Origin: a virus
Lineage: Duplodnaviria; Caudoviricetes
Virus record (IMG/VR): IMGVR_UViG_3300047669_002124
Location: 1-42,320 of that record
Reading direction: 5' to 3' (one strand)
DNA length: 42,320 nucleotides
Below, one piece after another: positions 10,007 through 18,604 of the stretch. The translations under genes and the position numbers were made by a program. The first letter of the stretch is position 1, and each line of letters starts with the position of its first letter. The notes under the pieces were generated by a model, which worked only from the letters and a program-made list of their open reading frames with translations, ran no database searches and was not told the origin of the DNA.

Positions 10007-11003
10007 TCTTGGAACATTAGAGTTTTGTCAACAAAAGTATTTTTTGCAGTACAATCTCTCTTTCAAAGATAAGACTAACAAGAAAGCCTTAATGGGGACA
10101 ATAACTCATAAGGTAATGCAGACCCTTGGAGACAAGAAGGTTGCTATTCTTAATGGACTTGACGTGGTAGAAGACGAAGAAACAGGAAGAACTCTTACCT
10201 TAGAAGAATGCGATGATCTTGAATTGCTCAATGATATCGCTTTTGAATATTATAGCTCTGCTTTTCCAGAAGTTAATATAACCCAAGCAGATAAAAGAAA
10301 ATGTTTGTCATGGGCCGAAAAAGCAGTGGCTTATGAAGGTGGAGTGCTAGACCCTAGAAACCAAGATGTGGTTGCTACGGAATTGTTTTTCGACTTCGAA
10401 ATTAAGAAACCATGGGCTAAGTATTCATACGACCTTGGTGGAAAAACTATTGAAGGGTATTTATCAATCAAGGGAACGGTTGACTTAATACTTAAACAAA
10501 ACGAAGAGTATTATGAGATACTAGATTACAAAACAGGGAAGAGGCTAGACTGGGCAACAGGCGAAGAAAAGACATACAGTAAACTGCAAAACGATACTCA
10601 GTTATTATTGTATTATTATGCCCTTAAAAACATGTATCCTGATCGTGAATTCTCAGTAAGCATATATTACATTAATGCTGGTGGTTTGTTTTCTTTTGTA
10701 TTTGATGAAGACGATTACAAAAAAGCGGAAGAGATACTACGCAAAAAATTTGAACAGATCAGAGACATTCAAAACCCCAGACTTCTTTCTAATGAACACA
10801 AACATTGGAAATGTCAAAAGCTTTGCAAGTTTAGCGAAGAGTATGAAGACTCTGGAAAAAGCGTCTGTCAACACATACGAGATGAACTCGTAGAAAAAGG
10901 CGTAAATGCGGTCGTTGAAGAGTATGGGGTTATTGACAAAATTACTACCTACGGAGATGGTGGTGGTAGGTTAGTAGATTCAGAGGAAAAAGACAAAAAA
11001 TGA
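9978..11003 (+). CDS. AddB/RecB/Cas4-like PD-(D/E)XK exonuclease with probable Fe-S cluster
   Basis: SSLGTLEFC, GTITH, GTVDLI and ILDYKTG. QL..Y motif. C-terminal CQKLC...C. Confidence 0.85.
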   Translation: MIVCYHRSSSLGTLEFCQQKYFLQYNLSFKDKTNKKALMGTITHKVMQTLGDKKVAILNGLDVVEDEETGRTLTLEECDDLELLNDIAFEYYSSAFPEVNITQADKRKCLSWAEKAVAYEGGVLDPRNQDVVATELFFDFEIKKPWAKYSYDLGGKTIEGYLSIKGTVDLILKQNEEYYEILDYKTGKRLDWATGEEKTYSKLQNDTQLLLYYYALKNMYPDREFSVSIYYINAGGLFSFVFDEDDYKKAEEILRKKFEQIRDIQNPRLLSNEHKHWKCQKLCKFSEEYEDSGKSVCQHIRDELVEKGVNAVVEEYGVIDKITTYGDGGGRLVDSEEKDKK

Positions 11004-11698
11004 ATCAAGAAATAAAGGGAAATATCAAAGGTCACCCTAAAAGATCTTCTAATGGTCAAGACTTATACGTTTATTATATTCTTGGCGACAGTGGTTATTT
11101 TGTAGATATTGGCGCTCATGATGGAAAAGACGGAAGCAATACCTACGCATTAGAAAAAGCTGGATGGAAAGGTTTGTGTGTTGAGCCTAGCCCCGTTCAC
11201 CAAGAGGCTCTTTTAGAACACAGAAGTTGTATTATCGACAACTCTTTGGTGTATGGAGAAAAAACAAAAAAGAAATATTTCATACATAACTACGCTGAAA
11301 GATATGAGGAATTCAAACGAGGTAAAGAACGCGAGGAAGCCCAAGGCAAAAAGGTAATAAACTGGCATGCTCACTTGGGAGGAGGCGGAATTGTTGAACA
11401 TCTTGACGAAGGCTACGAAGAAAAACTTGAGGGGGAATATGTAGAACTAGAAACTACAACCCTTTTAGATATATTAGAAAGGCATGATGCGCCAAAGCTA
11501 ATAGAATTTTTAGATATTGATATTGAAGGAGCTGAATATGAAGTAATCAAAAACTTCCCTTTTGACAAATATGAATTTAAAATAATCTGTATTGAAGTAA
11601 GGCCGCATACTAGAGATCCTATAACAGAACATTTGATTGCAAATGGTTATAGATACGCTCAAGATATTGGTCAAGACGCAATTTTTCGGAAAATATAA
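11000..11698 (+). CDS. FkbM-family SAM-dependent methyltransferase
   Basis: FVDIGAHDG..SNT, GWKGLCVEP and FLDIDIEGAEYEVI. Confidence 0.9.
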   Translation: MNQEIKGNIKGHPKRSSNGQDLYVYYILGDSGYFVDIGAHDGKDGSNTYALEKAGWKGLCVEPSPVHQEALLEHRSCIIDNSLVYGEKTKKKYFIHNYAERYEEFKRGKEREEAQGKKVINWHAHLGGGGIVEHLDEGYEEKLEGEYVELETTTLLDILERHDAPKLIEFLDIDIEGAEYEVIKNFPFDKYEFKIICIEVRPHTRDPITEHLIANGYRYAQDIGQDAIFRKI

Positions 11699-13611
11699 TG
11701 AATTGGACACCTTTACACCTGCACACCCATTACAGTCTCCTAGACGGCCTCAGTAAGCCCTCACAGGTCGCTGAGCGATGTTCTAACTTGGGTTACACTT
11801 CTTGCGCCCTGACAGACCACGGGACTATATCAGGAGCCGTGGCCTTTACGCAGGCAATGAAAGAAAAAAATATCAAGCCTATTTTGGGGTGCGAGTTTTA
11901 CCTAAGCCAGCAAGATTGTGAAATAAAATCTGACGAAAATAGAAGCCTTAGTCATCTATGCGTACTTGCCAAAAATAGAAAAGGTTGGGATAATCTAATC
12001 CAAGCTGTTTCCAAGAGCAACAACGAAGAAAACTATTATTACAAACCAAGACTTGATCTTGCAACATTAAACCCGTTTGCTGATGGTAATTTAATATCTT
12101 TTAGCGGGCATCTTGGAAGCGACTTGGCTGATGCAATATTTGCAGATCCAAAATCAGGATACAACGCTAAAACAGAAGAAGAAGCGAAAAGGTATATACA
12201 TCCAGACTGGGTAAACGAAGCATTAAAAGTGGCCAACGAATACAGGGCTATATTTGGAAGGGAGAACTTCTTCATTGAAATACAGGCTATTGATCAAGAA
12301 AATTCTCCAGCGGCCAAGCTGGTAGTTCAAGGTTTAAGATATATAGCAAAAAAATACAACTTCCGGACTGTAGCTACGGCAGATTCTCACTATCCAGAAA
12401 AGAAGGATGCAGACGACCAACTGTTACTGCTATGCTCTGCTCTTAAAACAACCCTTCCTAAAATAAAGAAGAAACTTAGAGAAACGGGAGATTCACCATT
12501 CTCTGGATTTTTTAAGTCTAACAACTTTCACATACCATCCTTAGAAGAAATACAAAACGTCAACACGCCGGAAGAAATAGAAAACGCAATGCTTATAGCC
12601 AGCATGTGTGAAGACTACGACATACTTGGCAAGCCAATGCTTCCAAAATTTAAATGCCCAAAAGAACATTCTGAAGATCAATATTTAAGACAGCTGTGTA
12701 GAGAAGGATGGAAGAATAGACTTGCTCCAACAGGAAAAGTTAATACCGAACAAGCAAAACAAATTTACACAGACCGGATCAAAAAAGAGCTAGATGTAAT
12801 AAGTGGTGCTAACCTAGCAGGATACTTCCTAATAGTCAGAGATATAGTTAATAGTGTAATTAAACGCAATCATATTCCCGGACCGGGAAGAGGCTCTGCT
12901 GCTGGATGTTTAGTATCATACTTAATAGGTGTAACTCAAGTTGATCCCATTGAATATGGATTACTGTTTGAAAGATTTTATAACGCCGGTAGAAATACTG
13001 AAGGTTATGCTTCCTTACCAGATGTCGATATAGATGTTCCAGCCAATAAAAGAGATGAAACAATAGATTATATACGTGACAAATACGGAACTGAAAAGGT
13101 AGGCCAAATGGTAACGTTTGGAAGGTTGCAAGGTAGAGGAGCTATCAAAGAAGTTCTGAGAATGAACGAAGCTTGTGGTTTTGATGAAATGAATGCCATA
13201 ACAAAGAGTCTTCCTCATGAGCATGAGGTTTCAGATCAGTTAGCAGAAATGGATAATCCATCTGTGATTAAATGGACTCTAATGAATCAGCCAGAAACTC
13301 TTAGAGGTTATTGTAGATTAAATGATGAAGGCACTCTTGAAGGTGACTACGCTAATCTTTTCAATCAGGCTATGAGAATTGAAGGGACTTTTAAATCTCA
13401 AGGAAAGCATGCGGCAGGTGTCGTTATATCGTCTCACGATTTAAATGAAGTTTGCCCCATGGTGCGAGACAAAAGAGGCTCCGAAAAGATAGCCGGAATG
13501 GAAATGAACGACCTAGAAGCAATGGGTCATGTTAAGTTTGATATATTAGGTATTTCTTTAATGGATAAAATGATGGGCATTAGAGACCAACTAAAGGAGC
13601 GACATGAATAG
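11698..13611 (+). CDS. dnaE: DNA polymerase III alpha, N-terminal half (PHP, palm, thumb)
   Basis: HLHTHYSLLDG, TDHG, DSHY, GPGRGSAAG, LLFERF, PDVDID, GKHAAGVVI and KFDILG. The ORF ends about 18 residues after KFDILG. Confidence 0.95.
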   Translation: MNWTPLHLHTHYSLLDGLSKPSQVAERCSNLGYTSCALTDHGTISGAVAFTQAMKEKNIKPILGCEFYLSQQDCEIKSDENRSLSHLCVLAKNRKGWDNLIQAVSKSNNEENYYYKPRLDLATLNPFADGNLISFSGHLGSDLADAIFADPKSGYNAKTEEEAKRYIHPDWVNEALKVANEYRAIFGRENFFIEIQAIDQENSPAAKLVVQGLRYIAKKYNFRTVATADSHYPEKKDADDQLLLLCSALKTTLPKIKKKLRETGDSPFSGFFKSNNFHIPSLEEIQNVNTPEEIENAMLIASMCEDYDILGKPMLPKFKCPKEHSEDQYLRQLCREGWKNRLAPTGKVNTEQAKQIYTDRIKKELDVISGANLAGYFLIVRDIVNSVIKRNHIPGPGRGSAAGCLVSYLIGVTQVDPIEYGLLFERFYNAGRNTEGYASLPDVDIDVPANKRDETIDYIRDKYGTEKVGQMVTFGRLQGRGAIKEVLRMNEACGFDEMNAITKSLPHEHEVSDQLAEMDNPSVIKWTLMNQPETLRGYCRLNDEGTLEGDYANLFNQAMRIEGTFKSQGKHAAGVVISSHDLNEVCPMVRDKRGSEKIAGMEMNDLEAMGHVKFDILGISLMDKMMGIRDQLKERHE

Positions 13612-13825
13612 TAAGACTAGCTACACGCAAAACGTAAAGGATAAAATATTGTCTGGCAGGTCGGTTGACTACAAAGGCTTAACAATTTGCAGAATCAATG
13701 ACTTTTACCCCTTAATGCATAAAAAGATTAGATATCAAGTTCACTCACATTTTTTCAGTAAACTGTATGAGAATATTGATGAAGCATTAAACAAATTTTT
13801 TGATATTAAAAGGAAAATAAGATGA
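13604..13825 (+). CDS. Small basic hypothetical protein between the dnaE halves
   Basis: 73 aa. AAGGAG RBS, and overlaps with both neighbours. Confidence 0.65.
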   Translation: MNSKTSYTQNVKDKILSGRSVDYKGLTICRINDFYPLMHKKIRYQVHSHFFSKLYENIDEALNKFFDIKRKIR

Positions 13826-14502
13826 ACTATAAAGACATTATCGTCTTCGACTTTGAAACTGGCTCTAGAAACCCTGAGAAAACTCAACCCATACAAATTG
13901 CGGCAGTGGCAATACATGGGAGAAAATTAACTGTTCAGCCGGACGGTTACTTTGAAAGTTTGATTCGTCCATTAGATGACGAGGAAGCTATCAAAATGGG
14001 TTTAGATCCTATTGAAGACGAAGCTCTGGCGGTTAATGGTAAAACCAGAGAAGAAATTGCAAAGGCTCCATCTGAAAGAACCGTTTGGAAAAAGTTTACG
14101 AACTACGTAAATAAATACAACTGGAAAGGCACTCCTTATTTTGCACCTATGGCCGCCGGTTATAACATTGTTGGGTTTGACATGCCCATCGTGCAGCGAA
14201 TGTGTGAACTGTATGGACCTGTTGATAAAAAAACAGGCAAGCAGGCTCTCTTTAATAAAATCCATAGAATTGATGTGATGGATAACGTATGGATGTGGAT
14301 GGAAAATAACGCAGACGTAAAATCTCTAAGTATGGACTCAATGAGAGATTTATTTGGAATAAGTAAAGAAAATGCTCACGATGCATTACAAGACGTTAAA
14401 GATACAGCTAATTTAATGATTGGCTTTATGAAACTGCATAGAAGAATTGCGCCTAAGATTAAATTTGAAAAGGCTTTTGCTGATGGAAACTTACACATTT
14501 GA
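13822..14502 (+). CDS. dnaQ: DEDDh 3'-5' exonuclease (DnaQ/epsilon-like)
   Basis: ExoI DFETG, ExoII GYNIVGFD and ExoIII HDALQD. Confidence 0.9.
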   Translation: MNYKDIIVFDFETGSRNPEKTQPIQIAAVAIHGRKLTVQPDGYFESLIRPLDDEEAIKMGLDPIEDEALAVNGKTREEIAKAPSERTVWKKFTNYVNKYNWKGTPYFAPMAAGYNIVGFDMPIVQRMCELYGPVDKKTGKQALFNKIHRIDVMDNVWMWMENNADVKSLSMDSMRDLFGISKENAHDALQDVKDTANLMIGFMKLHRRIAPKIKFEKAFADGNLHI

Positions 14503-16075
14503 ACCACTTGAACTTAAATTTGATAATGAAGATGCTTGGGAACTTATATGTTCTGGAAAAACTAAAGGTGTTTTTCAACTAGAAAGTAATCTAGGAAAGT
14601 CTTGGGCCAAGAGAGTTCAACCAAGAAACATTGAAGAGTTGTCTGCTCTAATATCTATTATTAGGCCGGGAACATTGAAAGCTATCGTAGATGGCAAATC
14701 AATGACTCAGCATTATGTTGATAGAAAGAATGGGGTAGAAGAAATAACTTATCTTCACCCCTCTCTTGAGCCAATTCTAAAAGGGACTCAAGGAGTTCTT
14801 GTTTATCAAGAGCAGTCTATGCAGATTGCTCAGCAGTTAGCTGGTTTTAATCTTCAAGAAGCCGACAACTTACGTAAAGCCATTGGTAAGAAAAAGGCAG
14901 ACCTTATGGCCAAAGTAAAACAAGACTTCTTAAAAGGATCTTCTGAAAAAGGTATTATCACTACAGAAGAAGCTGAAGAAATCTTTAGCTGGATTGAAAA
15001 ATCTAGTCGTTACGCTTTTAATAAATCACATGCTGTGTCTTACGCAATATGTGCATACTGGAGTGCTTACGCTAAATTCCATTTTCCTCTTGAGTTCTAT
15101 TGCAACTACTTAATACACTCGTCTGGGAAACCAGATCCTCAACGAGAGGTAAGAGAACTGGTAAATGATGCAAAAAATTTAGATATACATATTAGTCCAC
15201 CATCAATAAAGTCGTTAAACACTAAGACCGACATAATTGATAACCAAATACATTTCGGTTTAATTGATATAAAATCTGTTGGAATGAGGCAAGTTGATAA
15301 GTTTAGGGATGCTGTAATGTTTCTTGAACAAACTTTAGGAAAGAGCCTTTGCGAAACCAGTTGGTATGAATTTCTGATTATTGCGTCTCAAAAAATCAAC
15401 TCAAGAATGCTGACTGCTCTTATATCAATAGGTTTCTTTTCAGGTCTTCCGGAAACTAGACAGCAGATGTTAGACGAATTTGATACTTGGTCAAACATCA
15501 CCATTAAAGAAGCCGAATGGGCAGAAGAGAACTTTGAAGACCATGACAATTTAACAAGCCTTCTTAAAGTTATGATTCCCGTTAAAAAGGATGGAGGAGC
15601 AGCTTTTAACTCTAAGAGATCTCAGATAATGGCTGACTTAGTGAAACAGTGTGAAAAGCCGTCTTATTCACTCAAGGATGATTCAGAATGGGTAATCAGA
15701 ACAGAGGAAAATTATCTAGGAATAGCACTCACGTATTCAAGAATCGAAGCACATGACATAAGTTTAGCAAACACGACCATTAAAGAATTTATTGATGGTA
15801 AAAGAGGGAACATTAAGATGGCTGTCACCGTAAGCGAAGTAAAAAAATACGTCGTTAAAAAGGGTAAGTCTATAGGATTAGAGATGGCTTTCTTATGTGT
15901 AGAAGACACTACAGGCACTATGGATACCGTTACGGTTTTTAATGATCAGTGGTTGTCTTATAAAAATATCTTATACGAAGGAAACAACATTATTATGATT
16001 GGCCAAGATTCAAAAAAGAAGCGATATCAACTAGATGATGGCTTCATACTAAATGAAGTGATCGAGTTAAGTTGA
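14483..16075 (+). CDS. dnaE: DNA polymerase III alpha, C-terminal half (fingers, HhH, OB)
   Basis: TKGVFQLES, IRPG, LVYQEQ, ADNLRKAIGKK, YAFNKSHA, FGLIDIKSVG and MAFLCVEDTTG. ATG at 14483 with AAAGG upstream. Confidence 0.95.
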   Translation: METYTFEPLELKFDNEDAWELICSGKTKGVFQLESNLGKSWAKRVQPRNIEELSALISIIRPGTLKAIVDGKSMTQHYVDRKNGVEEITYLHPSLEPILKGTQGVLVYQEQSMQIAQQLAGFNLQEADNLRKAIGKKKADLMAKVKQDFLKGSSEKGIITTEEAEEIFSWIEKSSRYAFNKSHAVSYAICAYWSAYAKFHFPLEFYCNYLIHSSGKPDPQREVRELVNDAKNLDIHISPPSIKSLNTKTDIIDNQIHFGLIDIKSVGMRQVDKFRDAVMFLEQTLGKSLCETSWYEFLIIASQKINSRMLTALISIGFFSGLPETRQQMLDEFDTWSNITIKEAEWAEENFEDHDNLTSLLKVMIPVKKDGGAAFNSKRSQIMADLVKQCEKPSYSLKDDSEWVIRTEENYLGIALTYSRIEAHDISLANTTIKEFIDGKRGNIKMAVTVSEVKKYVVKKGKSIGLEMAFLCVEDTTGTMDTVTVFNDQWLSYKNILYEGNNIIMIGQDSKKKRYQLDDGFILNEVIELS

Positions 16076-16100
16076 CATTTTTTTAAACCGAGACTATAAC
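16072..16100 (+). promoter_or_regulatory. Sigma70-type promoter upstream of ssb
   Basis: TTGACA (16072-16077), 17-nt spacer, TATAAC (16095-16100), in one of the few intergenic gaps. Confidence 0.7.
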
Positions 16101-16135
16101 TTACTAATACAGTATTAAACATGAGGCACTATTGA

Positions 16136-16492
16136 ATGAATACGATTTCAAACTATTGTAGATTTATTGGGAAACTAGTAGACAATCCAAAAATTGTAGA
16201 ATTTGAACACACAAACCTCTGCACTTTTACCTTGGCTATTACCGAATATAGAAAAGAAAAAAATGGAGAAAAGAAGAAGACCGTAAACTTCTTCGATTTT
16301 GAGGCTTGGGACTCTGGCGGAGAAACTATTAGCCGTCACTGCTCCAAAGGAAGCGTAATTGATTTAGTTGCCTCTGCTAGAAACAACTCTTGGGTTGATA
16401 AAAGTGGTCAAAAAAGATATTCAACAAAATTCAGAGTCACAGAATTCAAATTCTTTAACGCAACAAAAGAACAGCAAACAGTTAAAGACTAG
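16136..16492 (+). CDS. ssb: Single-stranded DNA-binding protein (OB fold only)
   Basis: IGKLVDNP, FTLAI, FFDFEAW and NSWVDKSGQKR. No acidic C-terminal tail. Confidence 0.88.
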   Translation: MNTISNYCRFIGKLVDNPKIVEFEHTNLCTFTLAITEYRKEKNGEKKKTVNFFDFEAWDSGGETISRHCSKGSVIDLVASARNNSWVDKSGQKRYSTKFRVTEFKFFNATKEQQTVKD

Positions 16493-16970
16493 TCAAGACA
16501 CGTCTAAACAAAAAGAGCTTACCGAAGATGCGCTAATCCGTGAACATTACGGACTGGTTGTTTCTCAAGCTCTTTATTTTTTAGATGATTCTAACTTTGA
16601 AGACTACATACAGGCTGGTCTCATTGGATTGCTAAAGTCTATAAGGACTTATGTAGAAGAAAAATCTAAGTTTAGCACTTATGCGTCTATATGCATAAAA
16701 AACGAAATACATAAACTTAAGAAGAAACTAAACAGGCTAAGCGCAACAAATAAAATTGAGGAATTTGAAATACAATTCCGATATAATACAAAAGAATCTA
16801 TACTTGACTATCTTCCAGAATCTTTTCCTGAAGAGTATAAGTTCATAATTAAGCTAAGACTTCAAGGATATACTAATAAAGAAATTTCTGAGTATACCTT
16901 AAATACAAAAAATGAAGTGTCTGACAAAATAAGTCTCATAATACAAATGTTGAGAGATGTAAATTCATGA
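16404..16970 (+). CDS. Phage RNA polymerase sigma-70 family factor (regions 2 and 4); start uncertain
   Basis: Region 2: EDYIQAGLIGLLKSIRTY...KFSTYASICIKNEI. Region 4: LRLQGYTNKEIS. The only candidate starts are TTG 16368, TTG 16395 and GTG 16404. Confidence 0.85.
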   Translation: MVKKDIQQNSESQNSNSLTQQKNSKQLKTSQDTSKQKELTEDALIREHYGLVVSQALYFLDDSNFEDYIQAGLIGLLKSIRTYVEEKSKFSTYASICIKNEIHKLKKKLNRLSATNKIEEFEIQFRYNTKESILDYLPESFPEEYKFIIKLRLQGYTNKEISEYTLNTKNEVSDKISLIIQMLRDVNS

Positions 16971-18604
16971 GAAAAAAAAGAATACTATTTTGCGGAGAGG
17001 CTACGTATTTACATACTGGTTATGCAACATACCTCAGAGAAGTAATGAAGAGACTGCATTCTACAGGAAAATACGAATTAGCAGAATTTGCTAGTTACGG
17101 ATCTGATGTAGACCCAAAAAGGGCTGATATACCTTGGCATTTCTTTGGCAATTTACCAGCTAAAGACAACGAAAGAGATCAAGAAAAATATGATTCAAGT
17201 CCAAGTAATCAGTTTGGAGCGTGGAAATTTGAATCAGTACTGTTAAGCTTTTTGCCAGACATAGTCTGCGACATCAGAGATTTTTGGATGTTTGAATACC
17301 AAGAAAGGTCTCCATTTAGACCTTTCTTTAATTGGGTAATCATGCCAACAGTAGATGCAAACCCTCAAAATGAACAATGGTTATCAACCTTTTCTAGCGC
17401 CGATGCTGCATTTGCGTATTCAGACTGGGGAGCAGAGGTATTAAGAAAAGAATCAAACGGTAGTATAAACTGTTTAGGCTCAGCGCCACCTTCTGCCAAT
17501 GAAGTTTATGCGCCTGTTGAAGACAAGAGAGCGCATAAAGAGTCTATGGGGATTGACCCAGATTCAAAAATTGTTGGAACCGTAATGAGGAACCAAAGGC
17601 GTAAACTATTTCCCGACCTGTTTGAGTCCTTTAGCAAGTTCCTTCAATCTAGCGGTGAAAAAAATGCCTATCTGTATTGTCATACTAGTTATCCAGATTT
17701 GGGATGGGATATACCAAAGCTATTAAATCAATACAAAATAGCCAACAAGGTATTGTTTACATACTCTTGTGGTGAATGTGGACATAGTTTTCCCACCTTC
17801 TTTTCTGACGCAAGAGCAAAATGTTCAAACTGTGGAAGATTTTCCGCGTCGTTCTCAAATGTCCAAAGAGGTGTTTCATATGAATACCTTTCTAAGGTCA
17901 TGAATGTTTTTGACTTGTACATACAGTATTCTAACAGTGAAGGATTTGGTCTTCCTCAAGTAGAAGCTGCGGCTTGTGGAATTCCGGTAATGAGTGTTGA
18001 TTACTCTGCAATGAGTAGTGTAATTAGAAAGCTGGGAGGAACACCTCTAAAGCCAAAGGCTCTCTATAACGAATTAGAGACAGGGTGTAATAGAGCAGTT
18101 CCAGACAATGAAGACACAGCAAAACAAATTCAAAAGTTTTTTAAAATGCAAAAAAGCGAAAGAGATACACTCTCAAAGAACACAAGGTTAAATTTTGAGA
18201 AGTATTACCAATGGGACAAAACAGCTAAAAAGTGGGAAAACTATTTTGATTCAGTAGAAGTTAAATCCATGGAGGAAACATGGATGTCGCCCTCTAGGAT
18301 ACACAATCCTAAAAAAGTAAATACTGACAATATGACAAACTCAGAATATGCTAGATGGCTTATAGCAGAAGTTCTAGGAGAGCCAGAAAAGCTTAACACT
18401 TATTTCGAGTCTAGATTAATAAGAGATTTAAACTATCAAATGTTTATTAATGGAATGGGCGATGCTTATCTTAATGAAGATTCGTTCAAATTTCTTAAGC
18501 CTTTATACGAGCCGTTCGATAGAGAAAAAGCGTATGATATGATAGCCGAGCTTTGCGAATTAAAGAATTTTTGGGAAAAAAAGAGAAAAGAATACGTAAA
18601 ATGA
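16967..18604 (+). CDS. GT-B (GT4-like) glycosyltransferase with zinc-ribbon insertion
   Basis: TGYATY, RNQRRK and EGFGLPQVEAAACGIP (E-x7-E). Internal CGEC...CSNC. Confidence 0.9.
   Translation: MRKKRILFCGEATYLHTGYATYLREVMKRLHSTGKYELAEFASYGSDVDPKRADIPWHFFGNLPAKDNERDQEKYDSSPSNQFGAWKFESVLLSFLPDIVCDIRDFWMFEYQERSPFRPFFNWVIMPTVDANPQNEQWLSTFSSADAAFAYSDWGAEVLRKESNGSINCLGSAPPSANEVYAPVEDKRAHKESMGIDPDSKIVGTVMRNQRRKLFPDLFESFSKFLQSSGEKNAYLYCHTSYPDLGWDIPKLLNQYKIANKVLFTYSCGECGHSFPTFFSDARAKCSNCGRFSASFSNVQRGVSYEYLSKVMNVFDLYIQYSNSEGFGLPQVEAAACGIPVMSVDYSAMSSVIRKLGGTPLKPKALYNELETGCNRAVPDNEDTAKQIQKFFKMQKSERDTLSKNTRLNFEKYYQWDKTAKKWENYFDSVEVKSMEETWMSPSRIHNPKKVNTDNMTNSEYARWLIAEVLGEPEKLNTYFESRLIRDLNYQMFINGMGDAYLNEDSFKFLKPLYEPFDREKAYDMIAELCELKNFWEKKRKEYVK

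Noticed and set aside
9978-11003. Cas4 as part of a CRISPR-Cas system
   Set aside because: No repeat-spacer array or other cas genes are seen. Solo Cas4/AddB-like nucleases are common in phage replication modules.
13612-14482. Group I/II intron or intein interrupting dnaE
   Set aside because: The interval is completely filled by two coupled ORFs, one of them a DnaQ. There is no room for ribozyme structure and no splicing motifs.
14483-14505. prfB-like +1 frameshift (ATT TGA A) fusing the exonuclease to DnaE-C
   Set aside because: DnaE-C has its own ATG with an AAAGG RBS, there is no SD just upstream of the putative shift site, and ATT to TTT re-pairing is poor. Not excluded, but unnecessary.
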